Part shown: positions 21,588-32,437 of the stretch, in pieces
How the letters are laid out: each line of letters starts with the position of its first letter
Numbering within the stretch: position 1 is the stretch's first letter
Assembly: GCA_963841015.1 (NCBI GenBank)
Contig: CAWJAX010000002.1
Location: 448,001 to 512,000 of the forward strand
Origin: an uncultured Methanoregulaceae archaeon
GTDB lineage: Archaea > Halobacteriota > Methanomicrobia > Methanomicrobiales > Methanospirillaceae
Direction of reading: 5' to 3'
DNA: 64,000 nucleotides
Notes under the pieces: model-generated
Database searches by the model: none
What the model saw: the letters and a program-made list of their open reading frames with translations, nothing else
Told to the model about the DNA's origin: nothing
Position numbers and translations under genes: made by a program

Positions 21588-22550
21588 ATGAACCAGTCGT
21601 CCGGCATGACAGGATACGTAAACCCGCTCCAGGTGCAGGTTTCGCATACCGATCTTGTCAGGTTCTGGGTGATTGTTGCGTTCATCGTTTCTATTGTCGG
21701 GATTGCGTATGTCTCGATGTCAGCAGGATATGGAACGATCGTCCCCCAGCTCTTTTACATCCCCATAATCTATACTGCATATTTCTATCCTGACCGCAGC
21801 ATGTATGTTGCCTGTTGCTGCGGGGTAGCCTACTCGTTTGTCGCAGCATTTTTTGCCGTTCCGGAACTCTATGCGGTGGCAGGAATCCTCTTCCAGGCAC
21901 TGCTCTTTGTCGTAATTGCAGCAGCAGCTGCAATCCTTTTAAAGCACCGGGATATTCCTTCTCCTGCCCTGCCCGAGGAAGATGCTGAAGCGATTCGAAC
22001 CATGATTAAAACCGGAGAGAACGATCACACAGAATTCAAACTGCTGGCGTTGTGGAGTGCGGATCTCACGAAAGAAGAAATTCTGGCCTCTGAATCCTCC
22101 GAAATACGGAAATACCGGAATAACGCTTCAAAGTTCATCATCGCACGTTCGATTGCCGGTTTTTTAAATACAGACGGGGGCGACCTCATCATCGGCATAG
22201 AGGAGGACAGGATAAAAAATTCGACTCATGCCGCAGGGATCGAAGAGGACTACGGCAAACTGCAGGAAAAGGACCGGAATCCTGACGGGTACCGGAGAAT
22301 GATTGTCGATTCTGTAATCCAGAAATACCTGCCGGAGATTTTTAATACTGCAAGCAGGTTCATTCACCTGTCATTTCCTGCCATTTCCGGCAGGACGCTC
22401 TGCCACATACATATCCTGGCCGCAGACAGGCCGGTCTTTGTGAGCATTGGTAACGAAGAACTTTTCTTTATCCGAGTTGATGCGTCAACAAGGAGCCTTA
22501 CCGGCAAGGTCATGACGCAGTATATCCTTAACCGGTTCTCATCTCAATGA
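21588..22550 (+). CDS. 4-TM membrane domain fused to a Schlafen/AlbA_2 domain
   Basis: Hydrophobic N-terminus (QLFYIPIIYTAYFYP); GENDHTEFK, GFLNTDGGDLIIGIEED, FFIRVDASTRSL. Confidence 0.85.
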   Translation: MNQSSGMTGYVNPLQVQVSHTDLVRFWVIVAFIVSIVGIAYVSMSAGYGTIVPQLFYIPIIYTAYFYPDRSMYVACCCGVAYSFVAAFFAVPELYAVAGILFQALLFVVIAAAAAILLKHRDIPSPALPEEDAEAIRTMIKTGENDHTEFKLLALWSADLTKEEILASESSEIRKYRNNASKFIIARSIAGFLNTDGGDLIIGIEEDRIKNSTHAAGIEEDYGKLQEKDRNPDGYRRMIVDSVIQKYLPEIFNTASRFIHLSFPAISGRTLCHIHILAADRPVFVSIGNEELFFIRVDASTRSLTGKVMTQYILNRFSSQ

Positions 22551-22736
22551 TGTGACCCGTGTATCGGTTACGTTCTTTTCGTTCATATCTGATTTTTTCA
22601 AATTATCATCAGGCACACAAGGATCCAGTATTGTTGATTCCTGTGATGTACCGATACCTATATTGAGAACTACAGCAATCGTCCTTGTAACCAGGTGGAT
22701 CTGCACCTGGGCAACAAAAAAAGAGGAGGTAGACAA

Positions 22737-23195
22737 ATGGTACGACATTATCGAAGATCAATCTATGATGAACTCGATGACCTGAGAGCATCCATGGACT
22801 ACCTGTTCCAGCTTGTTCTTGAACCAATTGAAGAACCGCTGTTGCCTGCAGGAGAAGTATCCGAACACGTGAGCCGGTTTCTGCAATTCCTTGACGCTGA
22901 AGTGACCGAGCTTGATGATGAAGTAATAGTGACCGTTAACCTGATCCCTGGTGATAATAGCAGGGTATATTCGTGTGACCTGATCAATGAAAAAACAGTA
23001 AAAATTTCCTGTGACCGGCAGGAAGTGAAAACAATGGAACTGGAGGGGTATTCCATGACAGAAAAACGATCTTTATCGCTGCATCGTGAAATCCCCCTTC
23101 CCTCGCTGGTGACCACTAAGGGAGCAAAATCAACAGTAAAAAACGGTGTGCTTGATCTGCATTTCAAAAAAGTACGAAAAATACCGGGACTTTGA
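22737..23195 (+). CDS. Small heat-shock protein (Hsp20), diverged paralog of 52429-52908
   Basis: GAGGAGGT SD; SIYDELDDLR N-terminus; IPLP..V....AKSTVKNGVLDLHFKK. Confidence 0.85.
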   Translation: MVRHYRRSIYDELDDLRASMDYLFQLVLEPIEEPLLPAGEVSEHVSRFLQFLDAEVTELDDEVIVTVNLIPGDNSRVYSCDLINEKTVKISCDRQEVKTMELEGYSMTEKRSLSLHREIPLPSLVTTKGAKSTVKNGVLDLHFKKVRKIPGL

Positions 23196-23731
23196 TAACA
23201 CCTTTTTTTCTTTTAAAGTACTGAAATAACCGGCTCTGCAGAAATAGTCATTACCCGGCTCAACAGTATCTGGCGGTTTACCCCCTTTGATGTACCGGAT
23301 GCGGTACCCTGTACTATCGAACGAAACACTGGATAGCAAGGGGGTGGGAAACGGTGCTCCTGTCATTTCACCATTGCCTGGCAGTCCAGATAACCAAAAA
23401 AGGAACCCCTCACCCCCGATTCATTACAGTTTCTCTTGTGCGATGTCAGAAATGGATACATCGCAATCGTATCGGTTCTGGATAGGAAGCGGATACGCAT
23501 GAATAAAAAAAATGAAAAGAAGGAAAAGGAAGATCCGGTTCAAAGGTGGTATTGCAGATCCGTATCTTCCTCAACGTGATTACCTTTCCTGCTCACTCTT
23601 AAATTCTGGCAAGGCAATGGCGCATTGCGAACCCGGATTCTGATTTCAGACAACGCGACTGTGATGTATCGGTTTGGTACCTCCATAACCCTTATCAGGA
23701 ACACCAGCGATACTACCTGATTGAAATTTGA

Positions 23732-24973
23732 ATGATGTGTGATCCTATGAAAAAACTCCTCTGCTCCCTTTTCTGTATATCAATTCTCCTTGTTCTGTTT
23801 CCCTTCCCGGTGCATGCTGCAAATCCAAGCGTGATTGTTGCCGACTTTAAGGTTACCCCCCCCGTCCTTCAGCCAGGGGATATCGGTACCATCACGGCGA
23901 CTATTAAAAATACTGCATCGATTGCAAATATCAGGGAAAATATCCAGTCAGCCGGTTCTGAGACAATTACCAGTACAGATATCAATGTCAATATTGAGAG
24001 TGTGCAGCTGGAATCAAAAGATGTTGAAGTCATTTCCGGCAACTACAAACAGGTGGGAGAAATTGGGCCCGGGCAGTCCATACCCATCACGTTCCTGATC
24101 CGTGCCCCGGCAAAAGACGGCATTTATTTCCCGGAGATATGGATTGACGTGACCAAAGGAGAAAGTGTCCGCCAGCCGATTCCGGTCAATGTCAATACCC
24201 AGATTGCCCTCCTGAAAAAACCTGCAATAACCGTATCAAAAACGATACCGGATAGTGTGAATCCCGGTGATGATTTCCCGGTGCGTGTCATCCTTGAAAA
24301 CAACGGTCTTTCCGGTGCTGATGAAATTGTTATTTCTGTAAATTCTAGTACGAGCACTATTGCTCCCAAAACCCCCAACAACTATCACTTTGACCGCCTT
24401 TCCAGGGGAGAAAAGGTCACCCTTGATATGAATTTTGCCACCGATAAAAATGCCCCTCTTGGTCTGAGCCCCGTCACCCTGACAATCAGGTTTGCCAATG
24501 CAGATGGTACCTATACCACACAGACGGAAACACTGGGAATCCCCATTAAGGGAAAGGCAGATATCGGCATTGCATCCGTTTCAACTGATCCGGAGCGGAT
24601 AAAAAAGGGAGATCCGGTGACACTCATCATCCGCCTGGAAAACACCGGCACCGACAATGCAAATTCTGTGAAGGCGAGTATCGATCTTCCCATGAGTGGT
24701 GGAAAGGATGCGTATGTGGGAAAGATTGAACCCAGCAACGATGCCCCTGCTGTTTTTGCCCTGCAGGCAGGAAATCCCGGGACATATCCTTACAACCTGT
24801 CTGTGCAATACGAGGATGATTACGGTATGCATACCCGGCAGGAAACCCTCCAGATGACTGTCCTTGACGGGGATTCCACCGGACTGATTATTATACTTCT
24901 CCTGCTCTTCGTCGGAGCTGGGGCCGGGTACTGGTACTTCGTGCTCCGGAAAAAGGGAACCGGCAATGCTTGA
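23732..24973 (+). CDS. COG1361 S-layer-domain (Ig-like repeat) protein with C-terminal TM
   Basis: Signal peptide; repeated PGD....I.N.G Ig-like units; C-terminal TM plus basic tail; first gene of an ABC operon. Confidence 0.85.
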   Translation: MMCDPMKKLLCSLFCISILLVLFPFPVHAANPSVIVADFKVTPPVLQPGDIGTITATIKNTASIANIRENIQSAGSETITSTDINVNIESVQLESKDVEVISGNYKQVGEIGPGQSIPITFLIRAPAKDGIYFPEIWIDVTKGESVRQPIPVNVNTQIALLKKPAITVSKTIPDSVNPGDDFPVRVILENNGLSGADEIVISVNSSTSTIAPKTPNNYHFDRLSRGEKVTLDMNFATDKNAPLGLSPVTLTIRFANADGTYTTQTETLGIPIKGKADIGIASVSTDPERIKKGDPVTLIIRLENTGTDNANSVKASIDLPMSGGKDAYVGKIEPSNDAPAVFALQAGNPGTYPYNLSVQYEDDYGMHTRQETLQMTVLDGDSTGLIIILLLLFVGAGAGYWYFVLRKKGTGNA

Positions 24974-26168
24974 GGAAGAGCAGGTTGCTTTTTTCCTCGC
25001 ATCCCGCCTTATTACAAGGGGAAACAAGGGCACCCTCCTCCTGACCATCATGATCATCGCGATGGTCTTTGTCAACCTCATATTCCTCCCTTCCATCATT
25101 GCCGGTATTGTGGTGCTCTTCAACCAGCAGAATATCGATTACAGTTACGGGAACCTGGTCATCGAGCCCCGTGAGGACCAGCTGCTCATCACCAATGTCG
25201 GGGAGCTCCAGCAGAAGATCAACCGGGTTCCCGGCGTTGTCGCCAGTACTCCTCGATATTCCGGTGCAGCAACCATTGTCAGCAAGGGAAAATCCACAAC
25301 ACCGCTCCTGATCGCGATCAACCCCGATGATGAAAAACAGGTGCTGAAGATCCATACCGGAATTGCCAGCGGTGATTACCTGAACGATGGCGATACCGGG
25401 CAGATTTTGATAGGTAAAACCCTTGCCGGCAACAAAGATCAGAAAGTGGACAGGACGCCAACGCTCGGGGGCGTGGAGGTGGGAAAGACGGTTGAGGTCA
25501 CCTTCCGGAACGGCATAACCCGGCAGTACCGCATCAAGGGAATCATTGAATCCGGACAGTTTAGTGTCGACTCCAGTGCCTTCATCACGAGAAAGGAACT
25601 GGAATCTGTGCTGAGTACAACGGATACGGCAAACCAGATCCTGGTGAAGACGAAGACAACCGGCAATGAGGATGCCATGCGCAACACCCTGATGCAGTAC
25701 GGGGTCCAGGAAAAGATCTGGACATGGCAGGACAAATCCGCGGATTTCCTGAAATCCATTGTCGGCAGTTTTGACATCATCAACGTCATCAGCACGATCG
25801 TCAGCCTTGTCATCGCGGTGGTGGTCATCTTCATTGTCATCTTCATCAATACCGTCTACCGCCGGAAACAGATAGGGATCCTGCAGGCAATCGGGATTGA
25901 CCGGTCGATCATCATCAAGTCCTACATCTTCCAGGCACTGTTCATCTTTGCAAGCGGCACTTTAGCAGGATGCGCCCTGCTCTTTGTGCTTCTCCAGTAT
26001 CTCATCGCTTCACCGCTTGTATTTCCCGGGGGACCGGTGGCCCCGGTTCTTGAAATGATGCTGCTGGTCAGGGCAATTGCCAGCCTGCTTGTCGTATCGC
26101 TGATCGCCGGGTTTCTGCCATCGTGGCTGACCACACGGGAGGATATCCTCTCGGCAATAAGGGGCTAA
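24966..26168 (+). CDS. MacB/FtsX-family ABC permease
   Basis: TM-large loop-3TM topology; RRKQIGILQAIG motif. Confidence 0.9.
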   Translation: MLEEEQVAFFLASRLITRGNKGTLLLTIMIIAMVFVNLIFLPSIIAGIVVLFNQQNIDYSYGNLVIEPREDQLLITNVGELQQKINRVPGVVASTPRYSGAATIVSKGKSTTPLLIAINPDDEKQVLKIHTGIASGDYLNDGDTGQILIGKTLAGNKDQKVDRTPTLGGVEVGKTVEVTFRNGITRQYRIKGIIESGQFSVDSSAFITRKELESVLSTTDTANQILVKTKTTGNEDAMRNTLMQYGVQEKIWTWQDKSADFLKSIVGSFDIINVISTIVSLVIAVVVIFIVIFINTVYRRKQIGILQAIGIDRSIIIKSYIFQALFIFASGTLAGCALLFVLLQYLIASPLVFPGGPVAPVLEMMLLVRAIASLLVVSLIAGFLPSWLTTREDILSAIRG

Positions 26169-26169
26169 C

Positions 26170-26874
26170 ATGATCGTTGGTACTAACCTCTTCAGGGTCT
26201 ATGGCAAGGGAAGTGTGGAAGTCCGGGCACTGGACGGCGTGGACGTTGCGATCCGGAAGGGGGAGTTCATCGGGGTTATGGGCGCAAGCGGGAGCGGGAA
26301 ATCCACCCTGCTCCACCTGCTCGGTCTGCTTGACCGCCCGACAGCAGGGAGCCTTGTTATTGACGGGGTGGATGTCGGGAGCCTGAACGAGCGGGAGCGG
26401 ACGCTCTTCCGCTTGAATCATCTGGGGTATGTCTTCCAGGACTATGCCCTTGTCCCCGAGCTGACAGCAGAGGAAAATATCTACCTTCCCTCAAAGGTTC
26501 GGGGGATGACCTCACGGGAATGTACAAGGGTCTGCAGGGATATACTCGGGCTTGTCGGGCTAAAGGACCGGGTGAGCTTCCTGCCCGGGGAGATGTCCGG
26601 GGGAGAGCAGCAGCGGGTTGCCATTGCCCGGGCACTCGTGAACAACCCGGCAATCCTCCTTGCCGATGAGCCCTGTGCCAATCTCGATACCCGGAACTCG
26701 ACTACGATCCTGGAACTGATCCGGAAACTCAACAAGGACCTTAACCAGACCGTGGTGATGGTCTCTCACGAGGACTGGCACAAGAAGTATTTTGATCGTA
26801 TTATCTCCATGAGAGATGGCAAAATCGTGACTGATGAGGACCCGGAAAAAGAAAACCCTTTTGAATCAGGTTGA
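26170..26874 (+). CDS. LolD/MacB-type ABC ATPase
   Basis: GASGSGKST, MSGGEQQRVAIARAL, ILLADEP. Confidence 0.95.
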   Translation: MIVGTNLFRVYGKGSVEVRALDGVDVAIRKGEFIGVMGASGSGKSTLLHLLGLLDRPTAGSLVIDGVDVGSLNERERTLFRLNHLGYVFQDYALVPELTAEENIYLPSKVRGMTSRECTRVCRDILGLVGLKDRVSFLPGEMSGGEQQRVAIARALVNNPAILLADEPCANLDTRNSTTILELIRKLNKDLNQTVVMVSHEDWHKKYFDRIISMRDGKIVTDEDPEKENPFESG

Positions 26875-26885
26875 AGATACTTCTG

Positions 26886-27325
26886 CTCTGTAGAAACGAG
26901 CATGAACTGATCGGGTTCACACTCAATCCATGAAAATCGTATTGTATACGATGGAACCTCGCCTCATGGCCTCTCCGAGGCACGGCGGCCAGGTTTTTTT
27001 TTGAATTGTTTGTTTCAGATCCGCCGCGGGGGCGACCGTTTGCGGGGCGGCGGCGATCATCGTACATGAAGGAGTATGAAAAAAATCTCGTATCATAACT
27101 GAATAGTTCAATTTTCATGGGAAATGCTCAATTACAAGCTAAACGCTCAAGGGGTTTTTCACCCCCCGCTGCTGTGGCTCCCCAGATGCGATAACTCCCC
27201 AACAGGTGCGCTAGGTCATCATCGCTCAGCGCAGGGGCTGTATGGGTGGACAGGTACTGTCCCCTCCTTCATTCGTACCAGCATCCTGAATTTCATATCA
27301 ATGGAAAAGGAATTCTACAGAGCCG
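26886..27325 (+). repeat. Dispersed intergenic repeat, full-length copy (modules A+B)
   Basis: Colinear with the reverse complement of 4845-5277. Confidence 0.9.
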
Positions 27326-27414
27326 ATACTTCTAAAAGGAAACAGTCAATGAAAAGGACAGGATTCGGGATCTTTTTACCTGAAATCCTTAAGATTCCTT
27401 CCTTATGACCGTGA

Positions 27415-27633
27415 TTATACGGGAGAATATACCTTTTTTTCATACATGCCGGGAGTCAGTACCGTGGAACGTTTCTTGCACTGGTGGCATGTGGCATCCC
27501 GTGTTTCCCGGTAACACTCCTTTGGGGTTTTATTGATAATCGCATTGTCATGAAGGCAGGAAGGACAGGTGAACCGGATAACGTACCCGGTTCTCGTTCC
27601 TGTAACCTCTTGTTTTAAAGCTAGTTTTGTCAT
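27415..27633 (-). CDS. Small zinc-ribbon protein
   Basis: CPSC...CHQC, 72 aa from ATG 27633. Confidence 0.65.
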   Translation of the reverse strand: MTKLALKQEVTGTRTGYVIRFTCPSCLHDNAIINKTPKECYRETRDATCHQCKKRSTVLTPGMYEKKVYSPV

Positions 27634-27892
27634 TGTATCATTCTTTTTTGTTTTTTTACACACCGGACTGAACTGCAATCCAATCCGGTTTTTTGATCAT
27701 ATACTACCAACAAAGAGGTTTTCACATGGGGAAGGAACTGACCGCGTTTTCATGGTAATCCCAATGGGAGCGGCCATGGTGCCAAAATCGTTGGTGATTA
27801 TACTAGTATTGGTTGCCTGAGTGTATAGTATGATGGGAGGAAACCGGCTTGTTTGCAGGAAAGGTTCATTACTCCCCAACCAATTCTACTGT

Positions 27893-28084
27893 ATGCCATC
27901 CCAAAAAAATTGTCCGATGAAGTTTGGATCTGCGGTCAGTATTGAAGGCATGATCATTGAAGTTCCCTGCTGTGGTAAGGATTGTGCATGGTTTTTTGAC
28001 AATCATTGCGCTATTATCAGCATCGCAAAAGAATTATGCACAAACCAGAAAAAGAAAAGTCCGAAGAGTATGGCTGCCTATTGA
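27893..28084 (+). CDS. Small Cys-rich protein
   Basis: CP...C....CAW.....CAI pattern, 63 aa. Confidence 0.6.
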   Translation: MPSQKNCPMKFGSAVSIEGMIIEVPCCGKDCAWFFDNHCAIISIAKELCTNQKKKSPKSMAAY

Positions 28085-28226
28085 TTTTTTTATGTTTTTA
28101 AAACCTGGCCATCCGGTCTTGCTATTCCGGGGCATTTCTGTGATTTTTTTCGAATTTAATACCAATACGTAACTATTTCTCCTGAAAAATCCCCTATGTA
28201 TTATAAAAAAGAAAAGAGGAGCAGAT

Positions 28227-28526
28227 ATGGGGCACATTCGGATGGATTCCACAAAGCGATATAATTGTGCTCGTCTGATTTGTGCATATTTACTCCGGAA
28301 TAATATTACCCGTGCAGACGTCACAGCACGGGAAATTGCACAATTTCATCATCTTTCAGGCAAATCTTCCCAATCGATCAGTGCAATGCTGAATTTTTTA
28401 TACAGTAACCGTATCCGGGAGACCCGTTTTGGATTTTACATATTGGGAACACTTGCCTTTAAAAAAAGTGATTATCCCCACCACTACAGCATTCAACTGA
28501 TTGATGGAGCCCGGGGATTACTATAA
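28227..28526 (+). CDS. Hypothetical protein, possible winged-helix
   Basis: GAGGAG SD; 'VTAREIA...SQSISAML.FL' helix-turn-helix-like pattern. Confidence 0.6.
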   Translation: MGHIRMDSTKRYNCARLICAYLLRNNITRADVTAREIAQFHHLSGKSSQSISAMLNFLYSNRIRETRFGFYILGTLAFKKSDYPHHYSIQLIDGARGLL

Positions 28527-28615
28527 ACGGGTAACTTCTCCGTCATCATGAGTGTGAGTTGCTTTCTATCGGGGAGCGTAAGCTGGAATTCTCCGATTCT
28601 GTTAAAAAAATGTTT

Positions 28616-28948
28616 TTAGCACGGTCGGGTACTGTCTTCAAGATCGCGGATCCAGCTGGCGATTGCCCTGAGGACGGTCATCGTTTTTTCGGTCTTATGG
28701 AAGTTACCACTCTGGGTAAAGACACCATCATTTTCCTGTGAGATCACCTCATTGATCACCCATACACCAAACGGATCGGTGGTTACGGAAAGGCCATGGG
28801 AAAATCCCGGGCAATTGATGAATAATTCACCGGATTCATAATCAATGTCAATTTTTAAATCGCAATCTTCTTTCTGCACGATTTCTTTCACATACACCGA
28901 TAGATCGTGTGTTGTTAAGATCTTCTGGGCATCTTCAGGACGAATCAT
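28616..28948 (-). CDS. Hypothetical protein
   Basis: 110-aa ORF with GTGA SD and globular composition. Confidence 0.65.
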   Translation of the reverse strand: MIRPEDAQKILTTHDLSVYVKEIVQKEDCDLKIDIDYESGELFINCPGFSHGLSVTTDPFGVWVINEVISQENDGVFTQSGNFHKTEKTMTVLRAIASWIRDLEDSTRPC

Positions 28949-29189
28949 AGACCAATCACATCTTTACAACCCCTTAGCTTGATGACTGATAATACTTCGC
29001 TGCGTTAAAAGCGGAAAAATCCGTTTTTATGATACGGAGCGCTTTTCCTTCATAAAAATCCAGCAACAGCTGAATCAGGTTTTTTTTGGTCTTTGAATAT
29101 CGATAGGTGGTTAATGGGCATATGAGGGATTTGAATGGGTAAGTCTTCTCGTCATGAGATGGGAAATGGTATTGTGGCCGGACAGTATT

Positions 29190-30035
29190 TCAGATAACCC
29201 CGCGATAGTAGGCAAGTCGGTGTGCATACGGGCGGACAGTCTCGATAATCTGCGACTGCTCTTCTTCACTCATCGCTGTATGCTCCTGACCGATCCGGGC
29301 AAGAAGCCGCGCTTCACCAGCGGTCGAGCACCCGACGATCACGAGATCCACATCCTGTGAGAGTGCAAACCGGATCAAGGTCTGCGGACTGAGCCCCGAT
29401 CCGGGATGGATATAATTTCCCGCACCCAGAGTTTTCATCCCGATAATCCCGATATCTCGTTCCCGTGCCGCCGGGATCACCTGGTCAGAAAACCCCCCGA
29501 TAGCTGCTTCAACAGGACTTACCGGCAGGAGTACCGAATCGATATCCCAGTGGGTGACCGCATGGAGCAGGACTTCCGGGTTATGGTGCCCGGTCACCCC
29601 TATGCCCCTGACTGTTCCGGTCTCCCTGGCTTCGTAGAAAGCACGGAGTGCGCCACCGGGTCCCTCAATCTCACGGATATCGACCGTGTCCCGTACATCA
29701 TGGATCTGCCAGAGTCCGAGGTGGTCACGTCCCATGCGGGTGAGCGTTCTTTCAAGCTCATCCGATGCCCCGTCTGCACTTCGCTGCCCTGATTTGCTGG
29801 TCTGAAACGCGAGCTCCTTTTTCTCCGGGTGCTGTGCCCAGAAGATCCCGAAATACCGCTCACTGTCGGCATATGCCGGAGCTGAATCGTAGTACCGGAT
29901 ACCCGCCTCATATGCTGCAGTGAGCATTGCAAGTGCTTCCCTGCTTCGTCCTTCGGTGCGAAGCACACCCTCTCCCCCGAGGCCGACCCGGTCCTGGATT
30001 CCTGTCAGGTTCCGGAACCTGTTGATCCCTGCCAT
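29190..30035 (-). CDS. Aldo/keto reductase
   Basis: GIRYYDSAPAY..SE, LWQIHD, IGVTGH, GIIGMKTLG. Confidence 0.9.
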   Translation of the reverse strand: MAGINRFRNLTGIQDRVGLGGEGVLRTEGRSREALAMLTAAYEAGIRYYDSAPAYADSERYFGIFWAQHPEKKELAFQTSKSGQRSADGASDELERTLTRMGRDHLGLWQIHDVRDTVDIREIEGPGGALRAFYEARETGTVRGIGVTGHHNPEVLLHAVTHWDIDSVLLPVSPVEAAIGGFSDQVIPAARERDIGIIGMKTLGAGNYIHPGSGLSPQTLIRFALSQDVDLVIVGCSTAGEARLLARIGQEHTAMSEEEQSQIIETVRPYAHRLAYYRGVI

Positions 30036-30129
30036 ACAGAATTACCCTGTCCGGTACAGATAATAAACCTGCCCTTTCTGGCAGGATATTTAATCCACAC
30101 CATCCTATGTTCACTAAAAAACCGGTATC

Positions 30130-30939
30130 ATGAACAAAATCCGCATTATTCCGGATAATCGCTATCAGGGAGAAGGGATCAGCAGGGGGCTGGCACGGGG
30201 CCTGCTGGTGTATTACGCTGACCAGAACCTTACCGGTGAGGGAATGGGCATCGGGAGCATCGCGTTCAGGACCCCTGAATGCACGTACTTTTCCCGGTCC
30301 TGGACGGACTCATCAGAAGCGGGAGTCTACAAACGTACCTTTACCCTTGACACCCGTATGAGGTGGAGCATACACGGGAGACCTTCAGACCTGCTTACCC
30401 GCTTTATCGAATACGGTATCAGTGCCTATATGCAGCTCCCCCGGTTCCAGGGGAGTATCATGCTGCCGGTGCCCGCACTCAGCACCCTGCTCGGCATTCA
30501 CCCACTTTTCGAAACCATACCTTCCCGCGGGAAGGTCACCTCTTCATATCGGGTGACCGGGAACATTGTAGAAGTTCAGGTAGAGATTATCACGCCGGTC
30601 ATGCCCGAGGATACCCTTTGCGTGCTGAATGAGCTCAGTGCTGCATGGTTCACCGCAGGATGGGACGGGAAATGTCCTGTATCTCCACCGCCCGGCTGGG
30701 AAAAGGTCAGCTCCGCCCAGCTTCCTGTTTCTCTTGTTGATCCGGAGCATGGAATCCGGTTCTTTATGGGCAGACCCTCATCTATTCCTCCTGTACCTCT
30801 TTCTATCTACCAGGGCAGGGAACAAACCGGGGATGTCTGCTGGGCAGGGTTCTGTATTGAACTGGGTCCTTTTGATGGATCGCAGGGATTACCCAAGGTA
30901 CAGTACTCTATCGGTTTTACGGAAGGTGTGTGTCCATGA
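30130..30939 (+). CDS. Hypothetical protein, coupled to the radical SAM gene
   Basis: 269-aa ORF whose stop overlaps the next start (ATGA). Confidence 0.75.
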   Translation: MNKIRIIPDNRYQGEGISRGLARGLLVYYADQNLTGEGMGIGSIAFRTPECTYFSRSWTDSSEAGVYKRTFTLDTRMRWSIHGRPSDLLTRFIEYGISAYMQLPRFQGSIMLPVPALSTLLGIHPLFETIPSRGKVTSSYRVTGNIVEVQVEIITPVMPEDTLCVLNELSAAWFTAGWDGKCPVSPPPGWEKVSSAQLPVSLVDPEHGIRFFMGRPSSIPPVPLSIYQGREQTGDVCWAGFCIELGPFDGSQGLPKVQYSIGFTEGVCP

Positions 30940-32285
30940 ACCCTTCACCTCTCGGCGGTGTTACGCTTGTCTATCCCTACTTCCGGTATAAAGACCCGGT
31001 CGAAAAACTCTTTCCCCCGCTGGGAATCGCGTACCTTGCGAGCCAGCTGAAAGAACGGGGGATCCCGGTTACCGTTGAAGACTGCACCTTTGAGACCTTC
31101 GATGAAGTAATTGACAGGATTGCAAAATCACGGCCTGCAATAATCGGTATTTCCATTATGGTAACAATGAGCAGGAATGCCTTTTTCCTCCTTAAGGAAC
31201 TGCAGAAGCGGTTGCCAGGGACTCTCTTTATCGCAGGAGGTCCACTTCCGACCGTGAATCCGGCGATGTTTGGCAGAAGATTTGATCTGGTATTCTGTGG
31301 AGAAGGTGATGTAACTTTCCCGCGTTTCTGCCAGGATTACCTCTCATCGGGTTGTTCCCCCCATAATCTGAAAACCCTGGTTCCTGTATCCTATCCGGGT
31401 TTGTATCTGAACAGAGATGGCCAGGTGCGGTCGTCGCCTCCTGTCCACCACCCTTCAGAAATCCTTGACTGCCTTCCCCTTCCGGACCGCTCGGGATTTG
31501 ACCACCACCAGTACCAGTCAGCAATGGAAAAAAATACCGGTCTTAAACAGACCAGTCTTATCGTCACCCGTGGCTGCCCGTTTTCATGCGATTTCTGTTC
31601 AAAACCGGTATGGGGTGACCTGTTCAGGAAACCCCCGCTGGAAAAAGTATTCAGGGAAATTGAAGAGATACGGTCGCTTGGTTATACCAGTCTCTGGATA
31701 GCAGATGACTGCTTTACGCTCGATAGTGAGTACCTTACGGCATTCTGCCGTGAAATGATCCGGCGGGGGGTACCGGTTGGCTGGACATGCCTTTCACGGG
31801 TTGACCGGCTCACTCCCGGTCTTGTTGACCTCATGAAGCGTGCCGGATGCATACGAGTCTATCTGGGCCTCGAATCAGGAAGCAACGATACACTCAGGCT
31901 CATGAACAAGCGGGTCACGGTGGAACAGGGAATACGGGCAGTACACCTTTTTTCCCGGGCAGGCATTGGCACTGCCGGATTTTTCATGGTCGGGTACCCG
32001 AACGAGACGATCGAATCGATCGAAAAGACCTTTGCCCTTGTCCTGTCGCTGCCGCTCGATGAAGCCTGGTTCACCGTCCCGCTCCCTCTTCCTGGAACAC
32101 CCCTTTTTGCCCGTGTTGCCGATCTCAGGAAATGGGAGGACTGGGAGGTCTCAAACCAGGTGAAATTCGTGTATCCCTCGGAATTTGATGAGCGTTGGCT
32201 TGAGTGCCGCATCAATGAGACAATGGAAGCGTTCCGGAAGAAAAAGGGTAGCATTGGTTCCGGAGAAAGGGGAGGTACAACCTGA
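30936..32285 (+). CDS. B12-binding-domain radical SAM enzyme
   Basis: PPLGIAYLAS, GGP.PT, GEGD, TRGCPFSCDFC, GLESGS. Confidence 0.92.
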   Translation: MNPSPLGGVTLVYPYFRYKDPVEKLFPPLGIAYLASQLKERGIPVTVEDCTFETFDEVIDRIAKSRPAIIGISIMVTMSRNAFFLLKELQKRLPGTLFIAGGPLPTVNPAMFGRRFDLVFCGEGDVTFPRFCQDYLSSGCSPHNLKTLVPVSYPGLYLNRDGQVRSSPPVHHPSEILDCLPLPDRSGFDHHQYQSAMEKNTGLKQTSLIVTRGCPFSCDFCSKPVWGDLFRKPPLEKVFREIEEIRSLGYTSLWIADDCFTLDSEYLTAFCREMIRRGVPVGWTCLSRVDRLTPGLVDLMKRAGCIRVYLGLESGSNDTLRLMNKRVTVEQGIRAVHLFSRAGIGTAGFFMVGYPNETIESIEKTFALVLSLPLDEAWFTVPLPLPGTPLFARVADLRKWEDWEVSNQVKFVYPSEFDERWLECRINETMEAFRKKKGSIGSGERGGTT

Positions 32286-32365
32286 ATGCCGGAAACACCA
32301 GACCTCTTTTTTGTTCAGACATTCTTAAGTAAAATAATCCCGTTTATCCCGTAATTTATACGCGT

Positions 32366-32403
32366 TAGTCACAATTTTTGAAAAGTGCAAAAACGTATAA
32401 ATA
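32366..32403 (+). promoter_or_regulatory. Weak copy of the stress-island box plus TATA
   Basis: TAGTCACAATTT-TTG-N15-TATAAATA (32396). Confidence 0.35.
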
Positions 32404-32437
32404 TAAAAGCAATCTTATAGACCGCCGGTGAAACATC

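Noticed and set aside
23200-23730. 530-bp intergenic region with small hairpins
   Set aside because: No credible ORF, no clear match to the repeat family, and hairpins are too short to support a call.
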